The notes beneath the pieces were generated by a model. It was given only the letters and a program-made list of their open reading frames with translations, was not told the DNA's origin and made no database searches. Shown here in pieces: positions 27,197-35,664 of a stretch of 57,648 nucleotides of DNA. This DNA comes from a virus. Lineage: Duplodnaviria; Caudoviricetes. The stretch spans positions 1-57,648 of IMG/VR virus record IMGVR_UViG_3300032219_002612. One strand, given 5' to 3'. Position 1 is the stretch's first letter. Every line of letters starts with the position of its first letter. Made by a program: the position numbers and the translations under genes.

Positions 27197-28101
27197 TAGA
27201 CAACCAGGACAAAGGTTGTAACCGCCAGGTTCAAATTAATTGAAACGGATGTGTAGGCGGTAGTTGTAAAATTAGTAAAAAATACGGTGACAGTATTGGT
27301 TGCGGTAACCATTGCAGAAATTGAAACATCTGCCTCAAAAGTGGAGCCTGGATTTGCTCCGTAACCAACTTGAACCATATCGCCCAAGGCTGCTCCCGTA
27401 ACGGTTAAGGAGGCTGTTGTGACGGCTCCAATTGTATTCGCTAACGTAATTGTAGTTGATTGGTTAGAAAATAAAATTTTTGTAAGTTCTCCACTTGTTG
27501 CGGTGGTTCCAGTTCTAAATCTAGGCGCTTGGGCAACTCCAGAGGAAATTAAAGTATTTCCGGTTACTTCTAGGCTTCCGCCTACAGTTAGAGTTGATCC
27601 TCCGGCAACGGGACTTACGTTAACTCCTACTTTATTGAGGGTGGCGTCCACTTGTAAAAGGGGCAAACTGTTACTACCATTAACCCTAAAGGCCGGATTG
27701 ATGGATGTATAAGATTGATTAATATCCAAAGAAGTTAGCGCGGGGTTTATATAAGAAGCTGAAGAGGATGGAGAAATCCTTCGATTTGAAGTTACGGTAG
27801 CAGCTGGAGCAACTAAATCGGCGGCCAACAAAGATACAGTGATGGCAGTAGGAGCCACAATAGCAATAACTTGATAGTACCCAGCCTGAGCGATATAGAT
27901 ATTTTGTCCTAAAGCAATCCAAGCGGAATCACCGACGGAAATCGTTACATTCGATCCTACATTTGGTTGAGTAAAAGAAGCAGTAAGAGTAGTAAAAGCG
28001 TTAACACCGTTCGTACCGCTGGTGCCGTTGAACCCACCGAGACCCTGAGGTCCTTGCGGTCCGGCTTCTCCAATTACAAGTGTATTACAATCGCAGCTCA
28101 T
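27196..28101 (-). CDS. tail fibre protein
   Basis: Short collagen-like Gly-X-Y run (GEAGPQGPQGLGGFNGTSGTNG), beta-rich body. Confidence 0.7.
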   Translation of the reverse strand: MSCDCNTLVIGEAGPQGPQGLGGFNGTSGTNGVNAFTTLTASFTQPNVGSNVTISVGDSAWIALGQNIYIAQAGYYQVIAIVAPTAITVSLLAADLVAPAATVTSNRRISPSSSASYINPALTSLDINQSYTSINPAFRVNGSNSLPLLQVDATLNKVGVNVSPVAGGSTLTVGGSLEVTGNTLISSGVAQAPRFRTGTTATSGELTKILFSNQSTTITLANTIGAVTTASLTVTGAALGDMVQVGYGANPGSTFEADVSISAMVTATNTVTVFFTNFTTTAYTSVSINLNLAVTTFVLVV

Positions 28102-28112
28102 TTAATCCTCCT

Positions 28113-29645
28113 TTATGTTTTCAAGGCTATGCGGTAACGGGTTCCGTTTAGATAAATGATAAGGTCTTGGCTGGCGCTCGTACCACCAGAGGTAGTCACA
28201 AGATTGCCCATAGCATTCCCACCAGTTCCACCAATAGCAAGTGAGCCATCAACGGCTGGGGATATTGCTCCAGAACCAATCACAACACACATATCTCTAC
28301 CTTGTGCATCAACATCGGATTGTGTTCCTAGCAGAGTGTTCTGGTAACCACTTTGAAGGGTAAGCCCAGCATTTAGCCCCAAGGCAGAGTTTGAATGTCC
28401 AGAGGTGCAGGCAAATAGAGAGCCTTGCCCAATGCTAGTATTATTATAGGAATCACAAGCTTGTAGAGCGCTAATCCCGACTGCTACGTTGTTTACGCCA
28501 GTTAGATTCGACTTGAGGGCGTTACTACCAAAAGCCGTGTTGTTATCAGCGTTAGAAAGCTGAAGAGCATTTACTCCAACAGCCGTGTTGAAATTTCCAA
28601 TTAGATTATTCGAAAGGGCACTTACGCCAAAAGCCGAGTTGTTGCCACCAGATGTATTTAAGGTAAGAGCATTTGCTCCAACAGCCGAGTTGTTGCTCCC
28701 AGAAAGAGAAGCACTAGCTAAAGCCGTTTCTCCAACATTGATGTTGCCTGCTCCAGCCCTTGCATGGGCATTTGGGCTTACCTCTGTGTATCCAGTTCCG
28801 TTCCACACATAAGTTTTTGCCGTATCTAAAGCTAGATAGACTCTTTGGAAGTTTCCGCTCGCGGGGAAAGCCGCTAGGTTGGCAGCCGACACTAAAATAT
28901 CAAGGGCTGTCCTTTGGGCTTGAACAGTAGCCGCAGTAAGCAAATCTCTGCCAGCGGTTGTAGAATCTGATATTTCTGATGCAGGATGAGTATGAGCCGT
29001 TGGGGTTCGAGCATTGGAAAGTCTTGAATCATCTCCTTGGCAAAAAGTGTTGGTTGTAGTTCCAAACGATCCTGCCTGTAAAAGTCCTCCGGTTCCTGTG
29101 ATAATTGGGAGATTTGCGGTTGTACCAATCAAACCTCCGTTTGAAATATTCCCGTGAGTGTGAGAAAGGGGGGTTCTGGCATCGGAAAGACGGGAATCAT
29201 TTCCCTGGCAAAATGTGTTGGCGGAAGATCCAAAAGATCCTGCGGTTATCACTCCGGAAGTTCCGGTAATCAACGGTAGATTGGCGGTTGAACCTATGGT
29301 TAAATCTGACAACTCAATATAGGAAGCCTCCAGAACTTTTGAGCCGGCTCCGGAATAAACCCAGCGTTTCCCATCAGTGGTAACAACAATACTGCCCTCT
29401 CGAATCAAAGCCTGTTGTGCGGTAGTTAAATTGGCAATACCGCCTGAACTTACAATTACGTCATTTGTCTCCTCGAGAGCTGTAACGCGAGTGTCTAGAG
29501 CAGTAACGGAAGTGTCTAGAGCAGTAACGGAAGTGTCGAGAGAATCAATTTCAGCTTGAATTGTAGCCGGTGGAGGAGTGGTATTCGCCCCGGCTGTTCC
29601 GCAATCGCAATCTCGGGCGTAGTTATCGGGATTAGGAAAACTCAT
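28113..29645 (-). CDS. tail fibre/spike with coiled coil, HxH repeats and NTAVG beta-roll repeats
   Basis: TALDTSV heptads; two GxTANLPxITG...QGxDSRLSxARTPxxHTH repeats; NxAxG repeats; ATG 29645 preferred (promoter directly upstream). Confidence 0.8.
   Translation of the reverse strand: MSFPNPDNYARDCDCGTAGANTTPPPATIQAEIDSLDTSVTALDTSVTALDTRVTALEETNDVIVSSGGIANLTTAQQALIREGSIVVTTDGKRWVYSGAGSKVLEASYIELSDLTIGSTANLPLITGTSGVITAGSFGSSANTFCQGNDSRLSDARTPLSHTHGNISNGGLIGTTANLPIITGTGGLLQAGSFGTTTNTFCQGDDSRLSNARTPTAHTHPASEISDSTTAGRDLLTAATVQAQRTALDILVSAANLAAFPASGNFQRVYLALDTAKTYVWNGTGYTEVSPNAHARAGAGNINVGETALASASLSGSNNSAVGANALTLNTSGGNNSAFGVSALSNNLIGNFNTAVGVNALQLSNADNNTAFGSNALKSNLTGVNNVAVGISALQACDSYNNTSIGQGSLFACTSGHSNSALGLNAGLTLQSGYQNTLLGTQSDVDAQGRDMCVVIGSGAISPAVDGSLAIGGTGGNAMGNLVTTSGGTSASQDLIIYLNGTRYRIALKT
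29490..29537. repeat. 21-bp tandem repeat (2.3 copies) encoding a coiled-coil heptad
   Basis: agtgtctagagcagtaacgga twice, then agtgtc. Confidence 0.9.
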
Positions 29646-29652
29646 CGGTACT

Positions 29653-29680
29653 AGTATGGCAACTGGTTTTTGGGAGTCAA
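29653..29680 (-). promoter_or_regulatory. sigma70-type promoter (leaderless)
   Basis: TTGACT-N16-CATACT-N7-ATG(29645). Confidence 0.6.
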
Positions 29681-29720
29681 TCGTTATAGTTATATTTATA
29701 GCCAAACAGAATCTATTTAA

Positions 29721-30602
29721 TTATGAGGCTCTTTGAATTGGTATTCTATATTCCAATCCGTTGAGCCAAATCCGAAGCCAAGTTCCAGTAGCTCCTGTCG
29801 GTGCAGTTGTTGTCGTAAGGCCACTCATAGCATTCCCACCAGTTCCACCTATGGCAAGCGAGCCATCAACGGCTGGAGAAATGGCTAAATTACCAAGCAC
29901 CACACAATTATTTCTTGCTCCCAAATCGACATCGGATTGTGTTCCAAGCAAGGTGTTTCTAATTCCAGTAGTAACAGTTTGCCCAGCATTAACTCCTAAA
30001 GAAGCGTTTGAATCCCCAGAGGTACAGCTGTATAGGGAACCTTGCCCAACGCTAGTATTATTGTACCCACTTGTGTTGCTATGTAATGCACTAATTCCAA
30101 AGCCAACATTATTAACTCCTCCTGTGTTGCTTTTAAGGGCATACGATCCAAAGGCTGTGTTGTTTCCTCCTGTGGTATTTGCCCCAAGGGCACCTTCGCC
30201 AAAAGCCGAGTTATGATTTCCAGTTGTATTATTTCGCAGAGCATTTGTTCCAACTGCTGTGCTATTGCCACCAGTTGTATTTAAGAGAAGCGCACTTGCT
30301 CCCAAGGCCGTGTTGTTGCTTCCAGTTGTATTATTTTGAAGAGAAAAAGCACCTAAAGCTGTGTTGCCCACTCCGGAAGAAACAATACTTAAAGCTTGAT
30401 AGCCAGCGGCTAAATTCTGAGTGGTCCCTGAAGTATTATCTGTTGATGGACTGGGTCGGAGAAGACGGTATTCATCTGCTGGCGGCCCGGGGGGTCCCTG
30501 CGGGCCGGGAACAGCAGAAGTTGCGGCAATCTGAGCTCCCGTTAAACCTGTTGACAGAACATTTCGATCCCTAACTGGATTATTGACGTCCGCTAAACTC
30601 AT
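29721..30602 (-). CDS. tail fibre/spike paralogue with NTAxG repeats
   Basis: GPQGPPGP followed by 14-aa NTTGxNNTAxGxxAL repeats; C-terminus shared with 28113..29645. Confidence 0.8.
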   Translation of the reverse strand: MSLADVNNPVRDRNVLSTGLTGAQIAATSAVPGPQGPPGPPADEYRLLRPSPSTDNTSGTTQNLAAGYQALSIVSSGVGNTALGAFSLQNNTTGSNNTALGASALLLNTTGGNSTAVGTNALRNNTTGNHNSAFGEGALGANTTGGNNTAFGSYALKSNTGGVNNVGFGISALHSNTSGYNNTSVGQGSLYSCTSGDSNASLGVNAGQTVTTGIRNTLLGTQSDVDLGARNNCVVLGNLAISPAVDGSLAIGGTGGNAMSGLTTTTAPTGATGTWLRIWLNGLEYRIPIQRAS

Positions 30603-31006
30603 TTATGTGAAGCTCCTTTTAGCATATTCCAATTGTCGCGCCATTTACAATTAGGTTCAAGATAAATCGACTTTGTGCGGGGAAGCTTTTCCCTTGGTAT
30701 AATAAATAAAGCGTCCAAAGTTGTATTCAAAAATATAAAGGCGTCGCAATCCCCCTTGGTATATAACCTCTTCTGCATATGTCCAAATCCCGGCCCCCGA
30801 AGAGCTAAAAACTTTAACTTTCTGCGACGACAATCTTCACCCCCAATCGTTGTTTTAACTTGTACGCGTACCATCTTCCCCTTCCAATCGGTAATCAAGT
30901 CGTACCCATCGTCATAGATGGGCAGGCTTACAAGAAAGCCCTGCTCCATCAATCTGGTGGAAACCTTTTGTACGCCTATTGCTCCTAGTCTAATGTTATT
31001 ACTCAT
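30599..31006 (-). CDS. PD-(D/E)XK endonuclease, free-standing homing-endonuclease type
   Basis: G..G...V...L...GF.VS.P..D..YDLI.D......RVQVKT...Y...DCD. Confidence 0.85.
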   Translation of the reverse strand: MSNNIRLGAIGVQKVSTRLMEQGFLVSLPIYDDGYDLITDWKGKMVRVQVKTTIGGEDCRRRKLKFLALRGPGFGHMQKRLYTKGDCDAFIFLNTTLDALFIIPREKLPRTKSIYLEPNCKWRDNWNMLKGASHK

Positions 31007-31545
31007 AACCAGTTCCTTGCGAGTATTGTACCAAGGGGTCGACGCTTGCGATAGACCCCATCCCCCTCACGACTCCCGTCATCGTTTGTGTTACCTTCTA
31101 TTGTAACAGCCATCTTACCCTCAATTCGCTCTATAAGCCCTGTGTGGGCCACCCTACGCAGGCTTTGGAAGTATATACCAAAAGCGTCGGCAGGGCCCGG
31201 GGTGATGCCTTTACCGCGATTCCAGCTAGGTTTAACGACAAAGGCTGGACTCCAGGCGGAACGGGGGAAGGGATTGTGCTGTTTGCCGAAAGCCTCATCT
31301 CCCACAAAAACCACCCAAGCCGCGCACCAAGGCGCCCCAGTCCCTTCTAGCCCAACGGAGGTTAGGATCTTGTCCACCACGGGCCCGGAGTTTCCCCGTT
31401 CTTCTTTCCACCCGATTGTATCTCGGGCAACTTCCATAAGTCTCTCCACTCTTGCTCCTCGCGTCGGTACGATTCCCTGAGCAATTCCCTCTCCGGAACC
31501 CAGCAAAGATAAAGATGCCAAAGCCAACGCATAGATTATCCGCAT
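31003..31545 (-). CDS. endolysin, CHAP domain, with N-terminal signal peptide
   Basis: PWCAAWV...AHTGLI...TIEGNT; MRIIYALALASLSLLGSGEGIAQ signal-like start. Confidence 0.85.
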   Translation of the reverse strand: MRIIYALALASLSLLGSGEGIAQGIVPTRGARVERLMEVARDTIGWKEERGNSGPVVDKILTSVGLEGTGAPWCAAWVVFVGDEAFGKQHNPFPRSAWSPAFVVKPSWNRGKGITPGPADAFGIYFQSLRRVAHTGLIERIEGKMAVTIEGNTNDDGSREGDGVYRKRRPLGTILARNWL

Positions 31546-31877
31546 AACAGGGCGAAAGCCAGGACGAGCCCGAGGAACACGGCGATCAAAAGGGTCGCCC
31601 GAGTCTGCCCACCCAACTCCCGCCAATCGTCTCCCAAGGTATTGTTATCTATGTAGTCATCAAGAAATTTAAACTCTAGATTGATTATTAGCCAAGCTAA
31701 TGACACCGCAAAGAAAAGCTTAACTGCCGAAAAGAGCACTACGTGTAGGGCGCCAAGATCCACAACACCCGCACCGGGGGAAATATTCTGAAGGATAGGG
31801 CCTAAAGCAAGAAATAAAACCACGCTACATGCCAAGGCCCCAAGACCTTGTGCGTTGTCTTTTAGCCACTTTTTCAC
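31536..31877 (-). CDS. putative holin (3 TM)
   Basis: Three hydrophobic segments, adjacent to endolysin. Confidence 0.6.
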   Translation of the reverse strand: MKKWLKDNAQGLGALACSVVLFLALGPILQNISPGAGVVDLGALHVVLFSAVKLFFAVSLAWLIINLEFKFLDDYIDNNTLGDDWRELGGQTRATLLIAVFLGLVLAFALLCG

Positions 31878-32267
31878 TTAAAAGAGTTTAAGAATAGGAA
31901 ACAGATTACGCAAGGCCAAAAATGCGGGTAGTAAGAGCATCCCGCCGATTCCAATCAAACGCCATTTCCACAACATACCAACAGCTTTGCTATACTTGGC
32001 CTCAAGATATTCAAGCCTCTCGGCCATTTCCGAACGTTCTTTGAAGTTCTTGTCGACCTGAGACTGAAGCTTTAGGATTTGGTCTTTGGTGTTGTCAAGC
32101 TCATCGGCCACGGGTTTACAAGCAGGGATAGAACGAGCTATGGCTTGTGCTTTAAGGACTGAATCAGTTGTGGCTTGGAGCGTTAGTGAGCCGGAAGAAG
32201 TCGTTCGTGTCGTGGAAGCGCAAGATGCAAGGGCAAGGCAGAGGGCAAGTATGAGGATAGGCATCAT
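31878..32267 (-). CDS. putative unimolecular spanin
   Basis: Lipobox LASC, periplasmic coiled coil, C-terminal TM helix; in lysis cassette. Confidence 0.65.
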   Translation of the reverse strand: MMPILILALCLALASCASTTRTTSSGSLTLQATTDSVLKAQAIARSIPACKPVADELDNTKDQILKLQSQVDKNFKERSEMAERLEYLEAKYSKAVGMLWKWRLIGIGGMLLLPAFLALRNLFPILKLF

Positions 32268-32635
32268 ACGGCGGTGATGGTGATGGCTGGAGACCAGCCA
32301 GATGTCGGTATGGTGGTTGGGTCGCTAGATGCGTTTACGGCGTGTTCATAGTTGGCATCGCCATCAAAATAAATTAAATACCATTGTCCATAAAATCCAA
32401 CTATAGCACTATCTGAGTCATTAAACGCATAGTATGGACTGTATGAATCGCCTAAATTTGGGTTTAACGGCCCATTTTTTGTGTATGTACCAATTCCGTT
32501 GTTTGGAATGTTAAACATTGTTCCAGTAATGCTTGTAAGAGCAATTTGATTTGTTGATGCAACATCCGGAAAGCCAGCCCCTCCACCACCAATCCTAGGA
32601 ACCGACAAGTTTAAGCCTAAGCCGAGTTTCGGCAT
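32264..32635 (-). CDS. head fibre (RcGTA Rcc01080-like N-terminus)
   Basis: Starts MPKLGLGLNLS; follows a spike-base-like gene. Confidence 0.6.
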   Translation of the reverse strand: MPKLGLGLNLSVPRIGGGGAGFPDVASTNQIALTSITGTMFNIPNNGIGTYTKNGPLNPNLGDSYSPYYAFNDSDSAIVGFYGQWYLIYFDGDANYEHAVNASSDPTTIPTSGWSPAITITAV

Positions 32636-32641
32636 GGCCGT

Positions 32642-32929
32642 TTATCCTGCCTTGTAGGCGATTACTTTTCCAGAGGCTAGGTCGTAGCTAGTAAATGGTC
32701 CGTAAATAATAGTGCCGGCGGTAAGGGTTACACCAACTAGACCGCCGACTGTAGAATTTAAGGCAGTCAAAGCTGAGAAAACTGTATCAGCAATAATTTG
32801 AATGGCGGCAAAATTACCCTGAACTAAAGTCGTGTCGGCTGTGTAAATAAAGCCACGCTGGCCGAGGGCCACAAGTCCGGCCTCTGTGGGGGTAACACTA
32901 GTACCTAAATTTTCGTCTAAAAATGACAT
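32642..32929 (-). CDS. head spike base protein (Rcc01079-like)
   Basis: 95-aa beta protein, F.AIQ...DTVF...G.TL.AG.IIYG.F.....SG.VIAY; precedes the LGLGL fibre. Confidence 0.55.
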   Translation of the reverse strand: MSFLDENLGTSVTPTEAGLVALGQRGFIYTADTTLVQGNFAAIQIIADTVFSALTALNSTVGGLVGVTLTAGTIIYGPFTSYDLASGKVIAYKAG

Positions 32930-32940
32930 ATGGTTCTCCT

Positions 32941-32968
32941 ATTGTGTGGTCTTATTTTTAATTGTCAA
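32941..32968 (-). promoter_or_regulatory. sigma70-type promoter
   Basis: TTGACA-N16-CACAAT followed by AGGAG and ATG(32929). Confidence 0.6.
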
Positions 32969-33180
32969 CTATGTTTGCCAAAAATCTTTGACCAAAAGAA
33001 TTCTGCAAATGTAGAGATCATGAACGTCATGACAGCTACGACTCCATAGCCCATGTGAATATGTTTCTCAACCTTACCGATTCGCTGGTCGTGTTTGTCA
33101 CGGTCATCGAGCAAAGAATCAAGCTTTTCGTCCATGCGGGCGGTGCGCTCAAGGAGGGTAACTAGATGGTCATTTTCCAT
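32965..33180 (-). CDS. small coiled-coil + TM protein (XhlA/holin-like)
   Basis: LLERTARMDEKLD...RIGKVE followed by a C-terminal hydrophobic helix. Confidence 0.65.
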   Translation of the reverse strand: MENDHLVTLLERTARMDEKLDSLLDDRDKHDQRIGKVEKHIHMGYGVVAVMTFMISTFAEFFWSKIFGKHS

Positions 33181-33394
33181 GACTAAATATTCTATCGAGA
33201 GTTGGGTACAGCCGTGATCTCATCTTATTGGCAGTATAGCTTTGAACACCTAAAAGAGGCAAGAAAAGTTCAAAGCATAGTTCAAACGATTCTCGTTCAA
33301 AACAGGCTTTGGGCCTGGATGGCGGCTTCCCGGCTTCAAGATCTTGGAGGTCGTTCCAAGCTTGCTTGACCACAGCCAGGATCAGCTTATCCAC
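33170..33394 (-). CDS. hypothetical protein
   Basis: GTG start 4 nt after the previous stop; MDKLILAVVKQAWNDL... Confidence 0.55.
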   Translation of the reverse strand: MDKLILAVVKQAWNDLQDLEAGKPPSRPKACFERESFELCFELFLPLLGVQSYTANKMRSRLYPTLDRIFSHGK

Positions 33395-33398
33395 GGCC

Positions 33399-33638
33399 TT
33401 ACGCCATGCCTTGCTCGACAGCCTCAACCATACCCATTTCAGGAGAAGAAGTTTCCTCTTCGACTTCAACTTCAACTTCAGCTTTTTTGGCTGGAGAAAT
33501 CTCGACGCCTTCTACTGATGTTAGGTACATTTTGGGGCCTTTAAAATAACCACTGGCCATGAAGTCGAACGAATCGCCTTCAGCAACACCTTCCGGAGGT
33601 GTAAAGCCTTGGGGTACAGGAAAAGAAATGTTTTTCAT
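33399..33638 (-). CDS. hypothetical acidic protein
   Basis: 79-aa ORF in the virion operon. Confidence 0.7.
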   Translation of the reverse strand: MKNISFPVPQGFTPPEGVAEGDSFDFMASGYFKGPKMYLTSVEGVEISPAKKAEVEVEVEEETSSPEMGMVEAVEQGMA

Positions 33639-33651
33639 ATTTTTGTTTTAT

Positions 33652-33690
33652 TAAAAGTGTGATCCCCCGGGGGGTAGAACCCCGGGGGAC
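33652..33690 (-). terminator. intrinsic terminator after capsid and decoration genes
   Basis: Stem tcccccgggg/ccccggggga followed by cacactttt on the - strand. Confidence 0.7.
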
Positions 33691-33701
33691 CAATTAGTTA
33701 T

Positions 33702-33992
33702 TTAGGCATTCAGATTACGCAACAAGGTTAAAATAGTATTAACCTTTGCGGAAACGGAGGCCAAACCATTTTTAACTGCGGTCAGGTCTGCTTGCGCGTA
33801 AGTAGCGCCAGCAGTGATTGCAGCAATAGTGTTGGAAGCCGTACCACCTGTTGAATCAGTGATCGCCGTCAGACTCGTTGTGGCTGAAGAACCGGTCAAA
33901 GTGGATGTCCACTCTGGGCCGTTATTCAATACACCACGAATCTGAGCCGCAAGCACATTGTCTTGCGTAGCCGTTTGGAGGGGGAAGCTCAT
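33702..33992 (-). CDS. capsid decoration / head fibre-like protein
   Basis: 96 aa directly after MCP; AITDSTGGTA...A.VSAKVN.IL..LR trimer-like C-terminus. Confidence 0.6.
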   Translation of the reverse strand: MSFPLQTATQDNVLAAQIRGVLNNGPEWTSTLTGSSATTSLTAITDSTGGTASNTIAAITAGATYAQADLTAVKNGLASVSAKVNTILTLLRNLNA

Positions 33993-34015
33993 TTTTAGAG
34001 TTCTCCTTTCTTCAA

Positions 34016-35398
34016 TTAGCTAACGTAGTCAAGGCTGATCGGAGCGCGTTTGTGCAGGATGGCATAACCATACTGCGGGAACACGGGCCGAGCACCGCTG
34101 GCACAAACCCCGCGGAAATATCCGACATTTCCATCCGGGTTAGTCTGACGATCCAAGATGTTAACCCATTTAAACTCACCACGGTAGTTCTGGGGGTTGA
34201 ATGCCATCTTGTTGGCAGTGTTGACCGGGCTGGGAACGACAGAACGCATTACATCTTGGTGGAAGATGTAACTGATTTCATAGTCCGCTGTCTCATAGGC
34301 TGCGTTGATATCATACGAGGTACCCTTGGTGGTCGTGTTCTTCTTGAACGGATACGTGCGAATGAGTTTGTCATTCGTGGTATCATACACGCGGAACCGA
34401 GGAGGATACGCATCGATTGAATGATAGAAACCACCGTAGCTACGCTCAATCCCGAGAGGGGTGAGGAGCTCATTAGGCTTCGCATAACGGAAATCCTGAC
34501 GGATATCCGCGTTCAATCGGATGAGGCTCTCGCTGGTTTCCGCACCGCAGATCAACATGAACACCGGGGCTCCGTTTTCACGGCCCATAGCGTTGGTGCC
34601 TGCGCCGTCGCGGACCAATTTCATGTAGAGGCGTTTGAGGATTCCTTGAGTCAACTGGCTGGCGGGCAAGTTTGCCGCAGTGATGGCGCCAGAAGCGGCA
34701 GTGCCGACTCCGGCAGTAACCGCATCATAAACTACCTTCGCATCAGCCGAGCTGGACGAGCTGGAGGCAACGATAGAAGAGGTGCTGGGGTAAACCAGGT
34801 TTCCTTCGTTGGCAACTTGAGCTGTGAATAGATTGCGATAGCGATCCTGCCAGATCAAGGATGTGCTCTCAGTGAGAACGTCCATGATGTTGGACAACTG
34901 TTCCTTACGTTTCACTGCGAAGCGCAAGTCTTCGAGTGCAATGTCAGGAGAGTCGATCGACGCCCATTCCAAGCTGTACTGACGGAGCTTCTGACCGAAG
35001 GTCACGCCATTAAGAGCCTGGGGAAGAACGTTGCCCGCAGTGGAGGTGGAGGCCACAGGGGGTGTCGATCCGCCAGAAATCGTCTGGGTATAGGCGTTGA
35101 AACCGGTATAGGTTTGGTCAACAGGGTTAGAACCCAGTTTACGCCAGCCGCTACCAGCATCAGCCGTAATTTCATTTTCCGCATAACCATTGGTGTTACC
35201 GGCGCCCGCAAGGGTGAGAGAAGGATAGAACCGCTCGAAAGTAACCGAGCTGATTACATCGCCCATCTCCTCGGGGAATTGTTCCTGCTTGGTCAATTTG
35301 AGCCAAGCAGAGGTATCGATCGTCCGGCGATAAATCTCCGGTCCGATACGACCCGCTTCTTTAACGAGCAACTGCTCGATATTATAAGTTGTAGACAT
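34016..35398 (-). CDS. major capsid protein
   Basis: 460 aa after scaffold; strong SD (GAAAGGA), own promoter, biased codon use; ATG 35398 preferred. Confidence 0.8.
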   Translation of the reverse strand: MSTTYNIEQLLVKEAGRIGPEIYRRTIDTSAWLKLTKQEQFPEEMGDVISSVTFERFYPSLTLAGAGNTNGYAENEITADAGSGWRKLGSNPVDQTYTGFNAYTQTISGGSTPPVASTSTAGNVLPQALNGVTFGQKLRQYSLEWASIDSPDIALEDLRFAVKRKEQLSNIMDVLTESTSLIWQDRYRNLFTAQVANEGNLVYPSTSSIVASSSSSSADAKVVYDAVTAGVGTAASGAITAANLPASQLTQGILKRLYMKLVRDGAGTNAMGRENGAPVFMLICGAETSESLIRLNADIRQDFRYAKPNELLTPLGIERSYGGFYHSIDAYPPRFRVYDTTNDKLIRTYPFKKNTTTKGTSYDINAAYETADYEISYIFHQDVMRSVVPSPVNTANKMAFNPQNYRGEFKWVNILDRQTNPDGNVGYFRGVCASGARPVFPQYGYAILHKRAPISLDYVS

Positions 35399-35624
35399 AT
35401 TAGTAATTTTCCTTTCAACCTTCCCCCGCTCGCGCAAAGGGTCGGTTATGATTTATAATAAATGTGCCAACCTCTATCGAGGTTATCCACTTTCATTACT
35501 TTTCAAAACTTTTCCCTGGCGGCATCCCAGAGCTTTTAATGCCCGAATTCTGCTAGACCGTCTCAATCTTTATAGGTCTTGTTCAAGTAGGATCTCAATC
35601 TTTATACCTGCCTCGAACAATTTA
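35399..35624 (-). ncRNA. structured 5' leader of the capsid gene (candidate cis-regulatory RNA)
   Basis: Two hairpins with the identical loop sequence TATAAAGATTGAGA, a possible pseudoknot and two more hairpins. Confidence 0.5.
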
Positions 35625-35652
35625 AATGTATCAACCGGTTGGAACATGTCAA
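35625..35652 (-). promoter_or_regulatory. capsid gene promoter
   Basis: TTGACA-N16-TACATT with AT-rich upstream element. Confidence 0.7.
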
Positions 35653-35664
35653 TACTATTTTAAA

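Noticed and set aside
28113-30400. Diversity-generating retroelement (TR/VR pair)
   Set aside because: No reverse transcriptase in the window; both copies are coding and differences are not confined to adenines
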